DNA of 64,000 nucleotides from Blastocatellia bacterium (lineage in GTDB: Bacteria; Acidobacteriota; Blastocatellia; UBA7656), in the NCBI GenBank assembly GCA_963765495.1, contig CAVXWP010000014.1, forward strand, positions 32,001-96,000, written 5' to 3'. A model generated the notes under the pieces. That model saw only the letters and a list, made by a program, of their open reading frames with translations, ran no database searches and had not been told where the DNA came from. Shown here piece after piece: positions 29,693 through 38,537 of the stretch. The position numbers were made by a program, and so were the translations under genes. Within the stretch, counting starts at the first letter, position 1; every line of letters begins with the position of its first letter.

Positions 29693-30502
29693 ATGCAAAA
29701 GCCCGCGACAAAAGACGTACTCTCCTACATCATCGTGCCGTTCATATTCCTGACGGTGGCGCTTGTGGGCGGCGTGCGCATCACGGTTGAAAACCACGAA
29801 CTGCAATTCATCGGGCCGCAACTCGTCTCGTTGATACTCGCGGCGTTTGCCATGATTTTGTTCGCGCGCGGGGGTCTTGTAGAACTGCCCCGCTACGTGG
29901 GCGAACATCGCGGATTGCTTGATAACGCTTCCGGGGTTGTGAGCCTGGTGAGCCTCTATTTTGCGACGGTCCAGATTTTCAACTCGGTCACGCCGGAACG
30001 GGGGCTGCTGAATTTCTTCTTTTATCTCTTTTACTTTCTGATCTTCTGGAACAATCTGTTTGTGGTCTTCAACCCTGCGCGGTTGGCAAAGAGCCTGGCC
30101 ACGGTCCTTGGCGCATCGTTCCTTTTGAAATACCTTGTACTGGCGGATCTGTTTGCGCCGACCGAGTCGTGGGCAAAATACATACTGCAACGGCTGATGC
30201 AAACGGCTTCGCTTGGCGCGCTCGATTATCAGGCGTTTGCCCCGGCTACAGGCTACATAGGATTTGCCGCGCTTGCGCTTTACCTGCTTGGACTCTATTT
30301 GATCGCGCCCCCGGTTGACCGGGCGGAAGAGTTGCTCTACAGGATATTCATCGAGCGATACAGACTCACGCCCGCCGAGCGCCGCCGCTTGCTTACTACC
30401 ATTGCCGAGACGGCCTCCCTCAATGAAGGTGTTATTGAAGAAGATGTTATTGAAGCCGATGTGGTCGAGCCTCAAACCCTTGAGGTGCGCGACTCCGACT
30501 AA
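29693..30502 (+). CDS. Multi-pass membrane hypothetical protein
   Basis: About 6 hydrophobic helices, acidic C-terminal tail. Confidence 0.75.
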   Translation: MQKPATKDVLSYIIVPFIFLTVALVGGVRITVENHELQFIGPQLVSLILAAFAMILFARGGLVELPRYVGEHRGLLDNASGVVSLVSLYFATVQIFNSVTPERGLLNFFFYLFYFLIFWNNLFVVFNPARLAKSLATVLGASFLLKYLVLADLFAPTESWAKYILQRLMQTASLGALDYQAFAPATGYIGFAALALYLLGLYLIAPPVDRAEELLYRIFIERYRLTPAERRRLLTTIAETASLNEGVIEEDVIEADVVEPQTLEVRDSD

Positions 30503-30514
30503 CGCGCCTGTGAG

Positions 30515-30784
30515 TTACCAGTCAAGATCGTAGGACTCTACGCCGAGGGTTTCGTAAAGCGAGGATGCCTGAGCTTTCGAGGGTGGTTTTGCGGGCACAT
30601 CCAGAACGCGAACCGTGGTGAGCGAGCCGCGCTGGCGTATGCTGATTTCATCGCCTGCGCGCACTTCACGCGCGCTCTTTGCCTGATTTCCGTTAAGGCT
30701 GATCGCGCCCGCCTCGCACATCTGCTGCGCGAGCGTGCGGCGCGGGACGAGCCGACTCTGCTTTAAGAAGATATCCAGTCGCAT
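30515..30784 (-). CDS. S4-domain RNA-binding protein (Hsp15/RqcP-like)
   Basis: MRLDIFLKQSRLVPRRTLAQQMCEAG..K.AREV..GD. Confidence 0.9.
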   Translation of the reverse strand: MRLDIFLKQSRLVPRRTLAQQMCEAGAISLNGNQAKSAREVRAGDEISIRQRGSLTTVRVLDVPAKPPSKAQASSLYETLGVESYDLDW

Positions 30785-30808
30785 TTTTGAGCAATAGTCT
30801 CAAGGTCA

Positions 30809-30937
30809 GACACGGGGACGCGGCGAAAAGAGGGAGCAGGGGGAATTTGAATTTGATGAATCATAGAATCCGACAAATGATCGCCGCGCCCTCGTGTTGC
30901 CCCATCTCTGCATTTTCGCATCCCCGTGTTGCCCCGT
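30809..30937. repeat. Degenerate palindromic element with CACGGGGA/CGCGG-type arms
   Basis: gacacggggacgcggcg ... cgccgcgccctcgtgttgcccc..catccccgtgttgccccgtc. Confidence 0.55.
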
Positions 30938-30943
30938 CGTAGC

Positions 30944-31987
30944 CTACTGATTCTCTTTCTTTTCTTCTACTACCTGAGCCTGATAGCGGTCGGTAATCTT
31001 TATATAAGCCTCTTCGCGCAACTGCTTGAGGTATTTCTTGCGGGCGTCCTCGGCTTGATCCATCACAGCGGCGTTGGCTACGGCCTGCTGGACCTTGGGG
31101 TCGTCAAACGGGAGCACCTGTTCAGGCTTTCGCTCGTCCACGCGAACAATTTGAAAACCGTCCTGAACCCTTAGGGGCTCGGTAATGTCGCCGACCTTGA
31201 GCGTCGAGATGGCTTTTTCTATATCTTCTTTCATCTCGCCCGGCTTGAAGGTCCCAAGCTTTCCGTCCCGCGCCCGCGAAGGCTGGTTTTGCGCTGTGTA
31301 CTTGTGCACCGCTTCGACAAAGGATAATGCCCCGCCGCGCAATTCGGCTACGATGCGGCGAGCGCGCTGCTCTACATCGGCTGCGGTGTAGCCTTCGAGC
31401 GGCAAAAATATTTCAGAGATAGTCACTTCGCCCGGCTTTGTGAACTCTTTCTTATACTTTTCATAAAAATCGCGACGATCTTTATCGGTAAGATTGGCAT
31501 AGATCGGCTGGAGCACTTCGCGCTGAATTACGTATCTTTGCTGGAACTGCTTGCGTAGCGATGACCTCGCCGTTTCCGGTTCTATCCCCTGCTTTTTGAG
31601 TTCCTGCTCAAGGGCTAATGCATTTGGCAGATTGTTCTCTTTGGCAATGGCATCCATCTGCTCATTGATCTCGGCTTCAACATCTATGCCGAGTTCCTTG
31701 GCCTTTTGCTGAAGCAGCAGATCGTCGATCATGATATCGAGCACGGTCGGCTTGAGTTTCTCGATCTGCGCTTCTATTTCGGCCTGACTTTTACCCTGCA
31801 TCTGGCGGGTAATCTCCGTCCTTAAATCGTTTTGCGCGTTATTATAGTCGTTTAGCGTGATTATATCGCTATTGACGTGGGCCACTATCTCGTTCACCAG
31901 TGTCGGTTCCTGCGCGTGCGTGTGCGCCACAAAACCCAGAATCAGAGCAGCCCCAAGCATTCCACTTAGAAACTTCATACTACACAT
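30944..31987 (-). CDS. SurA-like periplasmic chaperone / parvulin PPIase
   Basis: Signal peptide, IVAHVNSDIIT SurA_N motif, rotamase domain (DGKLG, GDITEPL). Confidence 0.88.
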   Translation of the reverse strand: MCSMKFLSGMLGAALILGFVAHTHAQEPTLVNEIVAHVNSDIITLNDYNNAQNDLRTEITRQMQGKSQAEIEAQIEKLKPTVLDIMIDDLLLQQKAKELGIDVEAEINEQMDAIAKENNLPNALALEQELKKQGIEPETARSSLRKQFQQRYVIQREVLQPIYANLTDKDRRDFYEKYKKEFTKPGEVTISEIFLPLEGYTAADVEQRARRIVAELRGGALSFVEAVHKYTAQNQPSRARDGKLGTFKPGEMKEDIEKAISTLKVGDITEPLRVQDGFQIVRVDERKPEQVLPFDDPKVQQAVANAAVMDQAEDARKKYLKQLREEAYIKITDRYQAQVVEEKKENQ

Positions 31988-32078
31988 CCTCTCTTTGAAT
32001 TATCAGCGATGAATTATGAACGATGGATTGCCATCGTTTTGCATTCACCCGGGATCAACCGTCCTTGATCGGTAAAGT

Positions 32079-33011
32079 TTAATTTTGCCTGAACTGACCC
32101 TCATATGTGAAGCCCAGAGTTTTATCATTAATTTTGACCACCGCCTGCGTGGCGAGCCTTGAGAGCGCTTCGTCTACGACCTGCTGATTTCTGCGGGCGA
32201 CAAGCTCCTGGGCGAGTTGCGACCTGCGGTCATCGAGTTGCGACCTGCGCTCTTCTATCGGGCGCGGTTGTATGCGATGTTCGAGCTTGAAAATGTGAAA
32301 GCCGTAGGTTGATTCGATAACCTGGCTCACATCGCCGGGTCTGAGCGGTTGAATGGCCTTTTCGAGAACCGCCGGCATCTGCCCTTCCTCGTAGCGCGCA
32401 AGCCCCCCCTTTTCGGCGTTCGGCGCATCGGAGTGCAAGCGGGCGACGGCGGCAAAATCGCGGTGCTCTTCGGTGACTTCGCGCCGCAGCTTTTCCGCCT
32501 CTTCGCGCGATTGAGTGCGAATTTCGCGCACAAAAAATCCGGGCCGGTCGGTCAATCGTGCCTGGTTCTCTTCGATGTAATGCTGAATCTCTTCGGGCGA
32601 TACGTGCACATTGCGCAGCAATACCTGCTGATAGTATTTTTCAATCAGCAGATCGTTCATATACTCTTCGCGTGTGTCTGCGGTCGCCGCCGTAGACTTC
32701 ATCTGCGGATTATCCTGAGCGGCCTGATCCACTTCCGCCCCCGATATGGTAAGCCCCGAGCGCGCAGCTTCGTCGAGCACAAGACGGCGGCGTATGTATT
32801 CGTCAAGCATCTGGCTGCGGAGGGCATCGCTCGTTTCCGTCGAAGTCAACTCGCCCATCTTCAGAGTGAGGAATCGCTCGAATTCGGCGCGGTGAATCTC
32901 TTTGCCGTTGGCGCTGGCGATTACGGGCGAGCGGTCACTGTTGCCGCGACACCCCATAACAAGCCCGCCCGCCGCAATACATAGGAGTAGGATTGATACT
33001 GCCGGTTTCAT
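32079..33011 (-). CDS. PrsA/SurA-like parvulin PPIase lipoprotein
   Basis: Lipobox VMGC; DFAAVARLHS, GG.L, GDVSQVIESTYGFHIFK. Confidence 0.88.
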   Translation of the reverse strand: MKPAVSILLLCIAAGGLVMGCRGNSDRSPVIASANGKEIHRAEFERFLTLKMGELTSTETSDALRSQMLDEYIRRRLVLDEAARSGLTISGAEVDQAAQDNPQMKSTAATADTREEYMNDLLIEKYYQQVLLRNVHVSPEEIQHYIEENQARLTDRPGFFVREIRTQSREEAEKLRREVTEEHRDFAAVARLHSDAPNAEKGGLARYEEGQMPAVLEKAIQPLRPGDVSQVIESTYGFHIFKLEHRIQPRPIEERRSQLDDRRSQLAQELVARRNQQVVDEALSRLATQAVVKINDKTLGFTYEGQFRQN

Positions 33012-34384
33012 CAGGAGAGACGGCTTATCTCATCAAGGTAGCGCACAAACATCTTTATGCCGCCCCGCGCCATCTGCCAGTCGAAATTTTCATTCTTGGC
33101 GTGATAGCCGTGTTCCGGCAACGACAGCCCGAGGAAAACCACGGGCGCTTTCAGATGCTTTTTCATGGTTACCACAGCACCGATTGATCCGCCCTCGCGC
33201 GTGAAGGCGGGCTGGCGTTTGAAGGCGAATCTCATCGCTTCGCTCGCCGCGTCGGCGTAAGGCCCTTCAAACTCGCCGAGGTAGGGTTCGAGCGCCGATT
33301 TGTATTCGCATTTTACATCGGGATTTTTCAGACGAACGAAATCGCGGATCAGCCGGAAAACCTTCTTCGCATCCTGATCGGGAACGAGCCTGCAACTGAT
33401 CTTGGCCTGAGCGCGGAATGGCACTATCGTCTTTACCCCCGGCCCCTGATAGCCGCCCGTTATCCCGTGCACTTCAAAAGTAGGCTCGGCCATGATGGCC
33501 TTCAACACGCGCTCGGCATCGTCAAAACGCAGCTTTTTCAATTCGTGCGCCGCCTTGAATTTCTTTGTCGTAAACCCGGAATCCAGAAAGCTCTGTAACT
33601 CCTTTTTAGTCGCGCGTCGCACGTCATCATAAAACCCTTTGACCTTCACGCGCCCCGTATCTGCGTCATAGACCTCGGATATGACCTTGCACAGTTCGCC
33701 CAGAGGGTTTCGCGCCGGGCCGCCCGTCAGTCCCGAATGCACGTCTTTTGCGCCCGTCTCAAGCGTCATGGTCATCATCATCGCACCGCGCAATCCGTAG
33801 GGCACCGCCGGGCGCGCGCGCGAAATCCATATCGTGTCGCTCACAAGCACGGAGTCGGTTCCCAACCGTTCACGATTTGCCTTGATGAAGTGCTCGAAGT
33901 TTGGACTGCCTATCTCTTCTTCAAGTTCCCAGATGAAATTTATGTTTATGGGGACCCGATTTTCCGCAGCGTAGCGCGCACCCATCAGGGCGGCGAGCGC
34001 CGGACCCTTGTCATCGGTCGTGCCCCGGCCTTCGTAACGGTCGCCTTCTTTGAAAAATGTGAACGGAGCCTTATTCCACTCCTCGGCATCAGCAGGCTGC
34101 ACATCAATGTGATTATAGATGGTCACGGTCGGATTATTTGCCCCCGCCTCTATGCGGCCGAATACGACGGGGTTTCCGGGAGTCTCTACCACCTCGGCCC
34201 GCGCGCCGATTGACTCAAGATAATCGCGGGCAAGAAGCGCACCCTTGCGGCAATCCTCTTTGTGATCGGGGTCCATGCTGATGGTTGGGATTTCGACCAA
34301 TGCTGCGAGCTTTGATTCGAATTCCTCGCGCCGGTCGCGTACATACGAATCGAGATGTTCGTACAACTTCGATTTTTCTGCCAT
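33011..34384 (-). CDS. M20 family dipeptidase (ArgE/DapE/Dug-like)
   Basis: [28 protein letters not shown]. Confidence 0.92.
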   Translation of the reverse strand: MAEKSKLYEHLDSYVRDRREEFESKLAALVEIPTISMDPDHKEDCRKGALLARDYLESIGARAEVVETPGNPVVFGRIEAGANNPTVTIYNHIDVQPADAEEWNKAPFTFFKEGDRYEGRGTTDDKGPALAALMGARYAAENRVPININFIWELEEEIGSPNFEHFIKANRERLGTDSVLVSDTIWISRARPAVPYGLRGAMMMTMTLETGAKDVHSGLTGGPARNPLGELCKVISEVYDADTGRVKVKGFYDDVRRATKKELQSFLDSGFTTKKFKAAHELKKLRFDDAERVLKAIMAEPTFEVHGITGGYQGPGVKTIVPFRAQAKISCRLVPDQDAKKVFRLIRDFVRLKNPDVKCEYKSALEPYLGEFEGPYADAASEAMRFAFKRQPAFTREGGSIGAVVTMKKHLKAPVVFLGLSLPEHGYHAKNENFDWQMARGGIKMFVRYLDEISRLS

Positions 34385-34494
34385 ATTTGTCGCGGTGTCT
34401 CCTTGATGTTAGCTGCCCGGCCATTATGATAACCACCTTCCGGCACTGTCAAGCTAGCCCGCAAACCGATCCGTCATCCGTGCCCCGTGATCGA

Positions 34495-34638
34495 GGCCAT
34501 TTAATTCTCAGAAAACTACAGTCTGCTTAATGAACTCTCTTAGCGAGCTTTGCGTCTTTGCGTCTTTGAAACTACCTGTTGCTTCGCAAGACGCAAAGAC
34601 GCAAAGCCCACTAAGATGTCCCTGAGAATTTAATGACC
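34495..34638. repeat. Nested inverted repeat (outer ~17-bp IR, inner CTTTGCGT octamer arms)
   Basis: ggccatttaattctcag..ctttgcgtctttgcgtctttg / caagacgcaaagacgcaaag..ctgagaatttaatgacc. Confidence 0.8.
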
Positions 34639-34684
34639 CTGCGCTGCGATGAAACCTGAACGACCCTGACCCTCTCATCCTGCC

Positions 34685-34734
34685 TTGACTTTATGATTTC
34701 AATGATGTATAAGATTTATATAAATTTTATATAA
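34685..34734 (+). promoter_or_regulatory. Sigma70 promoter overlapped by three tandem 8-bp boxes (candidate operator)
   Basis: TTGACT-N17-TATAAG; ATGTATAA (34705), TTATATAA (34716), TTATATAA (34727). Confidence 0.7.
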
Positions 34735-34750
34735 GTGGATTGGTGAGCGG

Positions 34751-34945
34751 ATGCAGAAGAAGAAAGTCAGGACATACTCGGCGACGGACCTTGATATGGC
34801 GATGCTCGAATCGGTTGCGCGTTATCACGGGATGAACAAGAGCGCGACCATAGCGAGTCTGATTCGCAGAGAGTTTTGGAGGATATTCCCTGCGGGGACC
34901 GACAAGATAAAGCCGGATCGCGGGGCGAAGGTGGAGGAACAATGA
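34751..34945 (+). CDS. Small ribbon-helix-helix-like DNA-binding protein
   Basis: KVRTYS strand, helix to LESVARYHG, turn MNKS, second helix ATIASLIRREF; ATGA overlap with nadA. Confidence 0.7.
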   Translation: MQKKKVRTYSATDLDMAMLESVARYHGMNKSATIASLIRREFWRIFPAGTDKIKPDRGAKVEEQ

Positions 34946-35928
34946 GCACTCAACTTATAAATTTCAGCACAGCGGCTGCGCCCGTTTTCGAGAGCGAAAG
35001 GACCGCATTGATGGAAGAGATACGAAAGCTTGCGCGCGAGCGCAACGCCATAATACTGGCGCACAACTATCAGGCGGGCGAGGTGCAGGACGTAGCCGAT
35101 TTCACGGGCGACAGTCTGGGGTTAGCCCTTGAAGCGCAAAAGACCGAAGCGCAACTGATCATATTTTGTGGTGTTCATTTCATGGCGGAATCGGCCAAAA
35201 TACTGAACCCTGAAAAGAAGGTACTGTTGCCAAACCTGGCCGCCGGGTGTTCGCTTGCGGATTCGATCACGCCGGAAAGTCTCGACGAATGGAAGCGCCG
35301 GTATCCGGGTTACACGGTTGTGACTTATGTAAACTCTACGGCGGAAGTAAAAGCCATGAGCGACATCTGCTGCACGTCGGCCAACGCCGTATCGGTGATC
35401 CGTTCGCTCGCGTCGGACAAGATACTGTTTACGCCCGACCGGAACCTGGGCAACTGGGTGAAAAAGCAAGTCCCCGAAAAAGAGATAGCCATTTATGATG
35501 GCGCGTGTCCTACGCACGATGTGCTTCGCGGCGCAAATGTCAGCAAGGCGCAATCGGACTTTCCCGACGCCGTAATCATCGCTCACCCCGAATGCCGCGA
35601 AGACATAATAGCGCTTGCCGACGAGGTCTGTTCTACGACCGCGATGCTCGACCGCATAGCACTTCACCCGGAGGCGAAGACCTTCATAGTGGCGACCGAA
35701 AGCGGGATCGTTCATCAGATGAAGAAGCGTTATCCTGACCGCGAATTCGTCATGGCGGACGGGTGCATAGGCTGCCGCCTGCATTGTCCTTACATGAAAA
35801 TGATCTCGCTTGAAGATGTGCGCCGGTCGCTCATTGAAGATAAGTTCGAAATCACGGTAGAGCCGGATGTTATGGAAGGCGCTCGCCGCGCGCTTGAGCG
35901 TATGCTCGCCGTGCCCAGAGACAACTAG
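34942..35928 (+). CDS. nadA: Quinolinate synthase A
   Basis: ILAHNYQ, GDSL, FCGVHFMAESAK, AGCSLA, TYVNS, CPTH, AHPEC, CPYMK. Confidence 0.97.
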   Translation: MSTQLINFSTAAAPVFESERTALMEEIRKLARERNAIILAHNYQAGEVQDVADFTGDSLGLALEAQKTEAQLIIFCGVHFMAESAKILNPEKKVLLPNLAAGCSLADSITPESLDEWKRRYPGYTVVTYVNSTAEVKAMSDICCTSANAVSVIRSLASDKILFTPDRNLGNWVKKQVPEKEIAIYDGACPTHDVLRGANVSKAQSDFPDAVIIAHPECREDIIALADEVCSTTAMLDRIALHPEAKTFIVATESGIVHQMKKRYPDREFVMADGCIGCRLHCPYMKMISLEDVRRSLIEDKFEITVEPDVMEGARRALERMLAVPRDN

Positions 35929-36026
35929 CAGGGATCGGGGGCCGGGGGTCGGGGGCCAGGGCTACAAATCTCCCAACTTCTAATGGTAAGCGTGAGCAAC
36001 TGTCTGACAACCGGCCCCCAGCCCCC
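35929..36026. repeat. Palindrome with GGGGGCC heptamer arms (related to 60290-60463)
   Basis: gggatcgggggccgggggtcgggggccaggg ... ccggcccccagccccc. Confidence 0.75.
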
Positions 36027-36101
36027 ATTAAAATTCAGACTTTCGAGCTTCTAAACGGGTCTTATGATCGTAGAGGTCTGTTTGGGCCTGAAATCGGAGC
36101 A

Positions 36102-36746
36102 ATGATGAGAAAGCTTTTCATAGCAGGTTGCTTGATGACACTCGTGCTGTCGTTGTCGGCTGAGACAACCTCCGTGTTTGCGCAGCAGAGGAACCCTCGT
36201 CCTAATCGTCGTCAGAATCGCTTTCCCGACATTCAAAGAGGGGAAAATCCTGATATAGATGCGGCGGACCCTCAACTGGAGAGGCGACAGGGAAACCGCA
36301 GACAGGCGGTCAATCAGCAAATCAGACAGCAGATCATGCAGGCTATAGGGCTTACTCCCGATCAGCGTCTTCAAATGGCCGAAATACGTCGCAGCCACGA
36401 TGACGAGATTATCTCTGCCGGTCGGCGCGTGCGCGAGGCTCGCCGGGCGCTGGATCGCGCCATTATGAGCGAAGTCTATGATGATGCGTTAATCAATCAA
36501 CATGCCAGCGTCCTGGCGGCGGCCCAGACCGATATGATCCTTTTGCAGACGCATATACGCAGCCAGGTGCGAAGCGTGCTCACCACGGAACAGGTTCGCC
36601 GATTCAACGATCTTGAGCAGAGATTGCGCCGCCAGCGCCGCCAACAACGCCAGATGCGGCTCAAAGAAGGCCCCCCCGGCATTCCCGGCACGCCCGATGA
36701 TCTGGGAGAGACCGATATTGTCAGCCTGCTGCTTTCCATTCCTTGA
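36102..36746 (+). CDS. Spy/CpxP family periplasmic protein
   Basis: Signal peptide; LTPDQ and LTTEQ (LTxxQ) motifs. Confidence 0.85.
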   Translation: MMRKLFIAGCLMTLVLSLSAETTSVFAQQRNPRPNRRQNRFPDIQRGENPDIDAADPQLERRQGNRRQAVNQQIRQQIMQAIGLTPDQRLQMAEIRRSHDDEIISAGRRVREARRALDRAIMSEVYDDALINQHASVLAAAQTDMILLQTHIRSQVRSVLTTEQVRRFNDLEQRLRRQRRQQRQMRLKEGPPGIPGTPDDLGETDIVSLLLSIP

Positions 36747-37020
36747 ACTCCTGGTGTTATGTTCCAGAGACGTTTGGTTTCCCAAAATACCAGGATTGAA
36801 AGATGGGAACAGACCGTCCCGGCCTATTTCAACTTACCTTTTTTTCATATTTAATCTTTAATGTGTCTGACGCCGGATGTTTCGCGGATCAACAACTGAA
36901 TGGCCCTGGCAGATCAGGGATTATGCGTAGCCGAATTAAGTAACGCGCTGGACAGAGCGAAAGCCCGCTATTAGAATTCGTGATTGGCATTTTGAAATTA
37001 ATAAGCTCACAGGAGGATAG

Positions 37021-37274
37021 ATGGAAGAAAACGAGATAACTTATCACGCAGTCGAGAAAGATGGAGAGGTCACGGCTATCTGGGAAATGCAGGGCCGCAA
37101 GCATCTGCGCACGATTGACCCGCGTAGCGAAGAGGGGCGTCGAATACTCGGCTCTCACACGATTGACGAATCGGCCGAACACTCCATCCCGCAGGCCGAA
37201 ACCGCTCAACAAAGCGAATCTCAACAAAGCGAATCTCAACATAGCGAATCTCAACAAGGCGAATCTCAACAGTA
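37021..37274 (+). CDS. Small hypothetical protein with C-terminal (SESQQ)-like repeats
   Basis: AGGAGG RBS; 15-bp tandem unit AGCGAATCTCAACAA about 4 times (37213-37272). Confidence 0.6.
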
Positions 37275-37355
37275 GCGGCAGCGCCTTCGGCTCAAGCCCC
37301 GAAGTAGCGCCGGGTCCTGGGTCATTTGCTCGCTCAGGACTGGGCGCTCGCAGGG

Positions 37356-38153
37356 TCAATCGCAAAATATCAGTTCGCGCGTCTCTTCGATCAGCCCGCC
37401 TTCACGTGCAAGCTCATAGTAAAGCTTCAAACCTTTGAGGCACTCTTCATCAAGATCGTAGCTGATATTTTCCGTCAGGTACCCTACCAGATCAGCCTGA
37501 GACAGCCCGAGGCTCGATGAATACGCGGCGGCTATTTCGCCCGTGTGCGCGACGCCTTCACGTTTTGCTTCGAAGAAATCCACCCCGCCCGGCCACGCCG
37601 GAGAATCCGACCTTATGGCCCAGAACGCGAAGACAAACCCCAGCCCCGTAGCCTTGCGCCATTCTTCGGCCAGATCGTAAACATTTAGCGCCGCGCGGTC
37701 TATCAACATAGCCGGGTCTCCAATGATCAATGCCGCGTCATTTGATTCAAGCATCTTTTCAATCTTTGGCGGGGAGGTCCGGTATTCGGGTGTGAGATTG
37801 TAAAACCGATTCAGGATTATCTGTATAAGCGCCGCAGACGTGCGCGATGAGGTGTCGAGCGCGACCGACCGGACATCACCGATGGGCACACGCGAAGCCA
37901 GCACTACCGAGCGGACGCTCTTCTTTGATGCCACACACGCGCCGGGCGCTACCTTGAGCGCGGGAATCCTCTGATATTCGATCACGGGGATCAGGGCGGC
38001 ATCGGCGCGCCCTTCGGCAAGTAACTCAGAACAGCGGGCGGGCGCTGCATCTGATAGAAAATGGCAGCGATCTTTTTGCGCGCCGTGGATAAAGCTGTAA
38101 CATAGCGGGGCGGCGTTCAGATAACTCGACGCCGCGATATAAGGCATGGCCAT
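37356..38153 (-). CDS. mqnA: Chorismate dehydratase (futalosine menaquinone pathway)
   Basis: YLNAAPL, SVRSV, SSRTSAAL, LIIGDPA, YDLAEEW..TGL.FVFAFW. Confidence 0.92.
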   Translation of the reverse strand: MAMPYIAASSYLNAAPLCYSFIHGAQKDRCHFLSDAAPARCSELLAEGRADAALIPVIEYQRIPALKVAPGACVASKKSVRSVVLASRVPIGDVRSVALDTSSRTSAALIQIILNRFYNLTPEYRTSPPKIEKMLESNDAALIIGDPAMLIDRAALNVYDLAEEWRKATGLGFVFAFWAIRSDSPAWPGGVDFFEAKREGVAHTGEIAAAYSSSLGLSQADLVGYLTENISYDLDEECLKGLKLYYELAREGGLIEETRELIFCD

Positions 38154-38243
38154 AATCTTTCTACCTGAAAATCTTAATTCGTATATTCAAAATCCGTCAC
38201 GGTGAATTTGGTAATTCCCGTCAAAAAAAGCCTCGATAGAAAG

Positions 38244-38514
38244 TTTTCCACAAAAGCTGTGGAAAACCTTGTGGAAAACCGGCTTTTGATCGCCGCAAAT
38301 TCAGAAATTTACGGACTTGTAGCAGTTTGCACACATTTTGTTCAAATTCTGTTTACCTACATAAGTTCAGTTATTTCAGCTATTTAGCTTGTAAACCAGC
38401 CATTTAACGTCTGATTTTTGATGTATTTGCTTTAAGGAAGGTCTTTATCATCCAGCCTGTGCAAAACTCGGCAAAATAGTGTGAAAAACCGCCTAAAATC
38501 AACTCTTTTCCACA
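38244..38514. promoter_or_regulatory. DnaA-box cluster in an AT-rich intergenic region
   Basis: TTTTCCACA at 38244 and 38506, TGTGGAAAA at 38258 and 38270, near-matches TGTGCAAAA 38458 and TGTGAAAAA 38480. Confidence 0.65.
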
Positions 38515-38537
38515 GATAATTCGGCTTTTAAAAGTGC

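Noticed and set aside
34640-34941. NAD+-I (nadA motif) riboswitch, expected in Acidobacteria
   Set aside because: The predicted leader is only ~30 nt and AT-rich, followed by a coding ORF; no recognisable aptamer (an Infernal search would be decisive)
36880-37010. Hairpins (CCCTG/CAGGG, GCGAAAGC) upstream of the small ORF at 37021
   Set aside because: Too short and generic to call a regulatory RNA
38354-38381. Possible dif site (CATAA-N6-TTAT) next to ftsK
   Set aside because: XerD arm matches the E. coli consensus at only about 7 of 11 positions and the XerC arm poorly; better explained as an AT-rich, IHF-like stretch within the DnaA-box cluster
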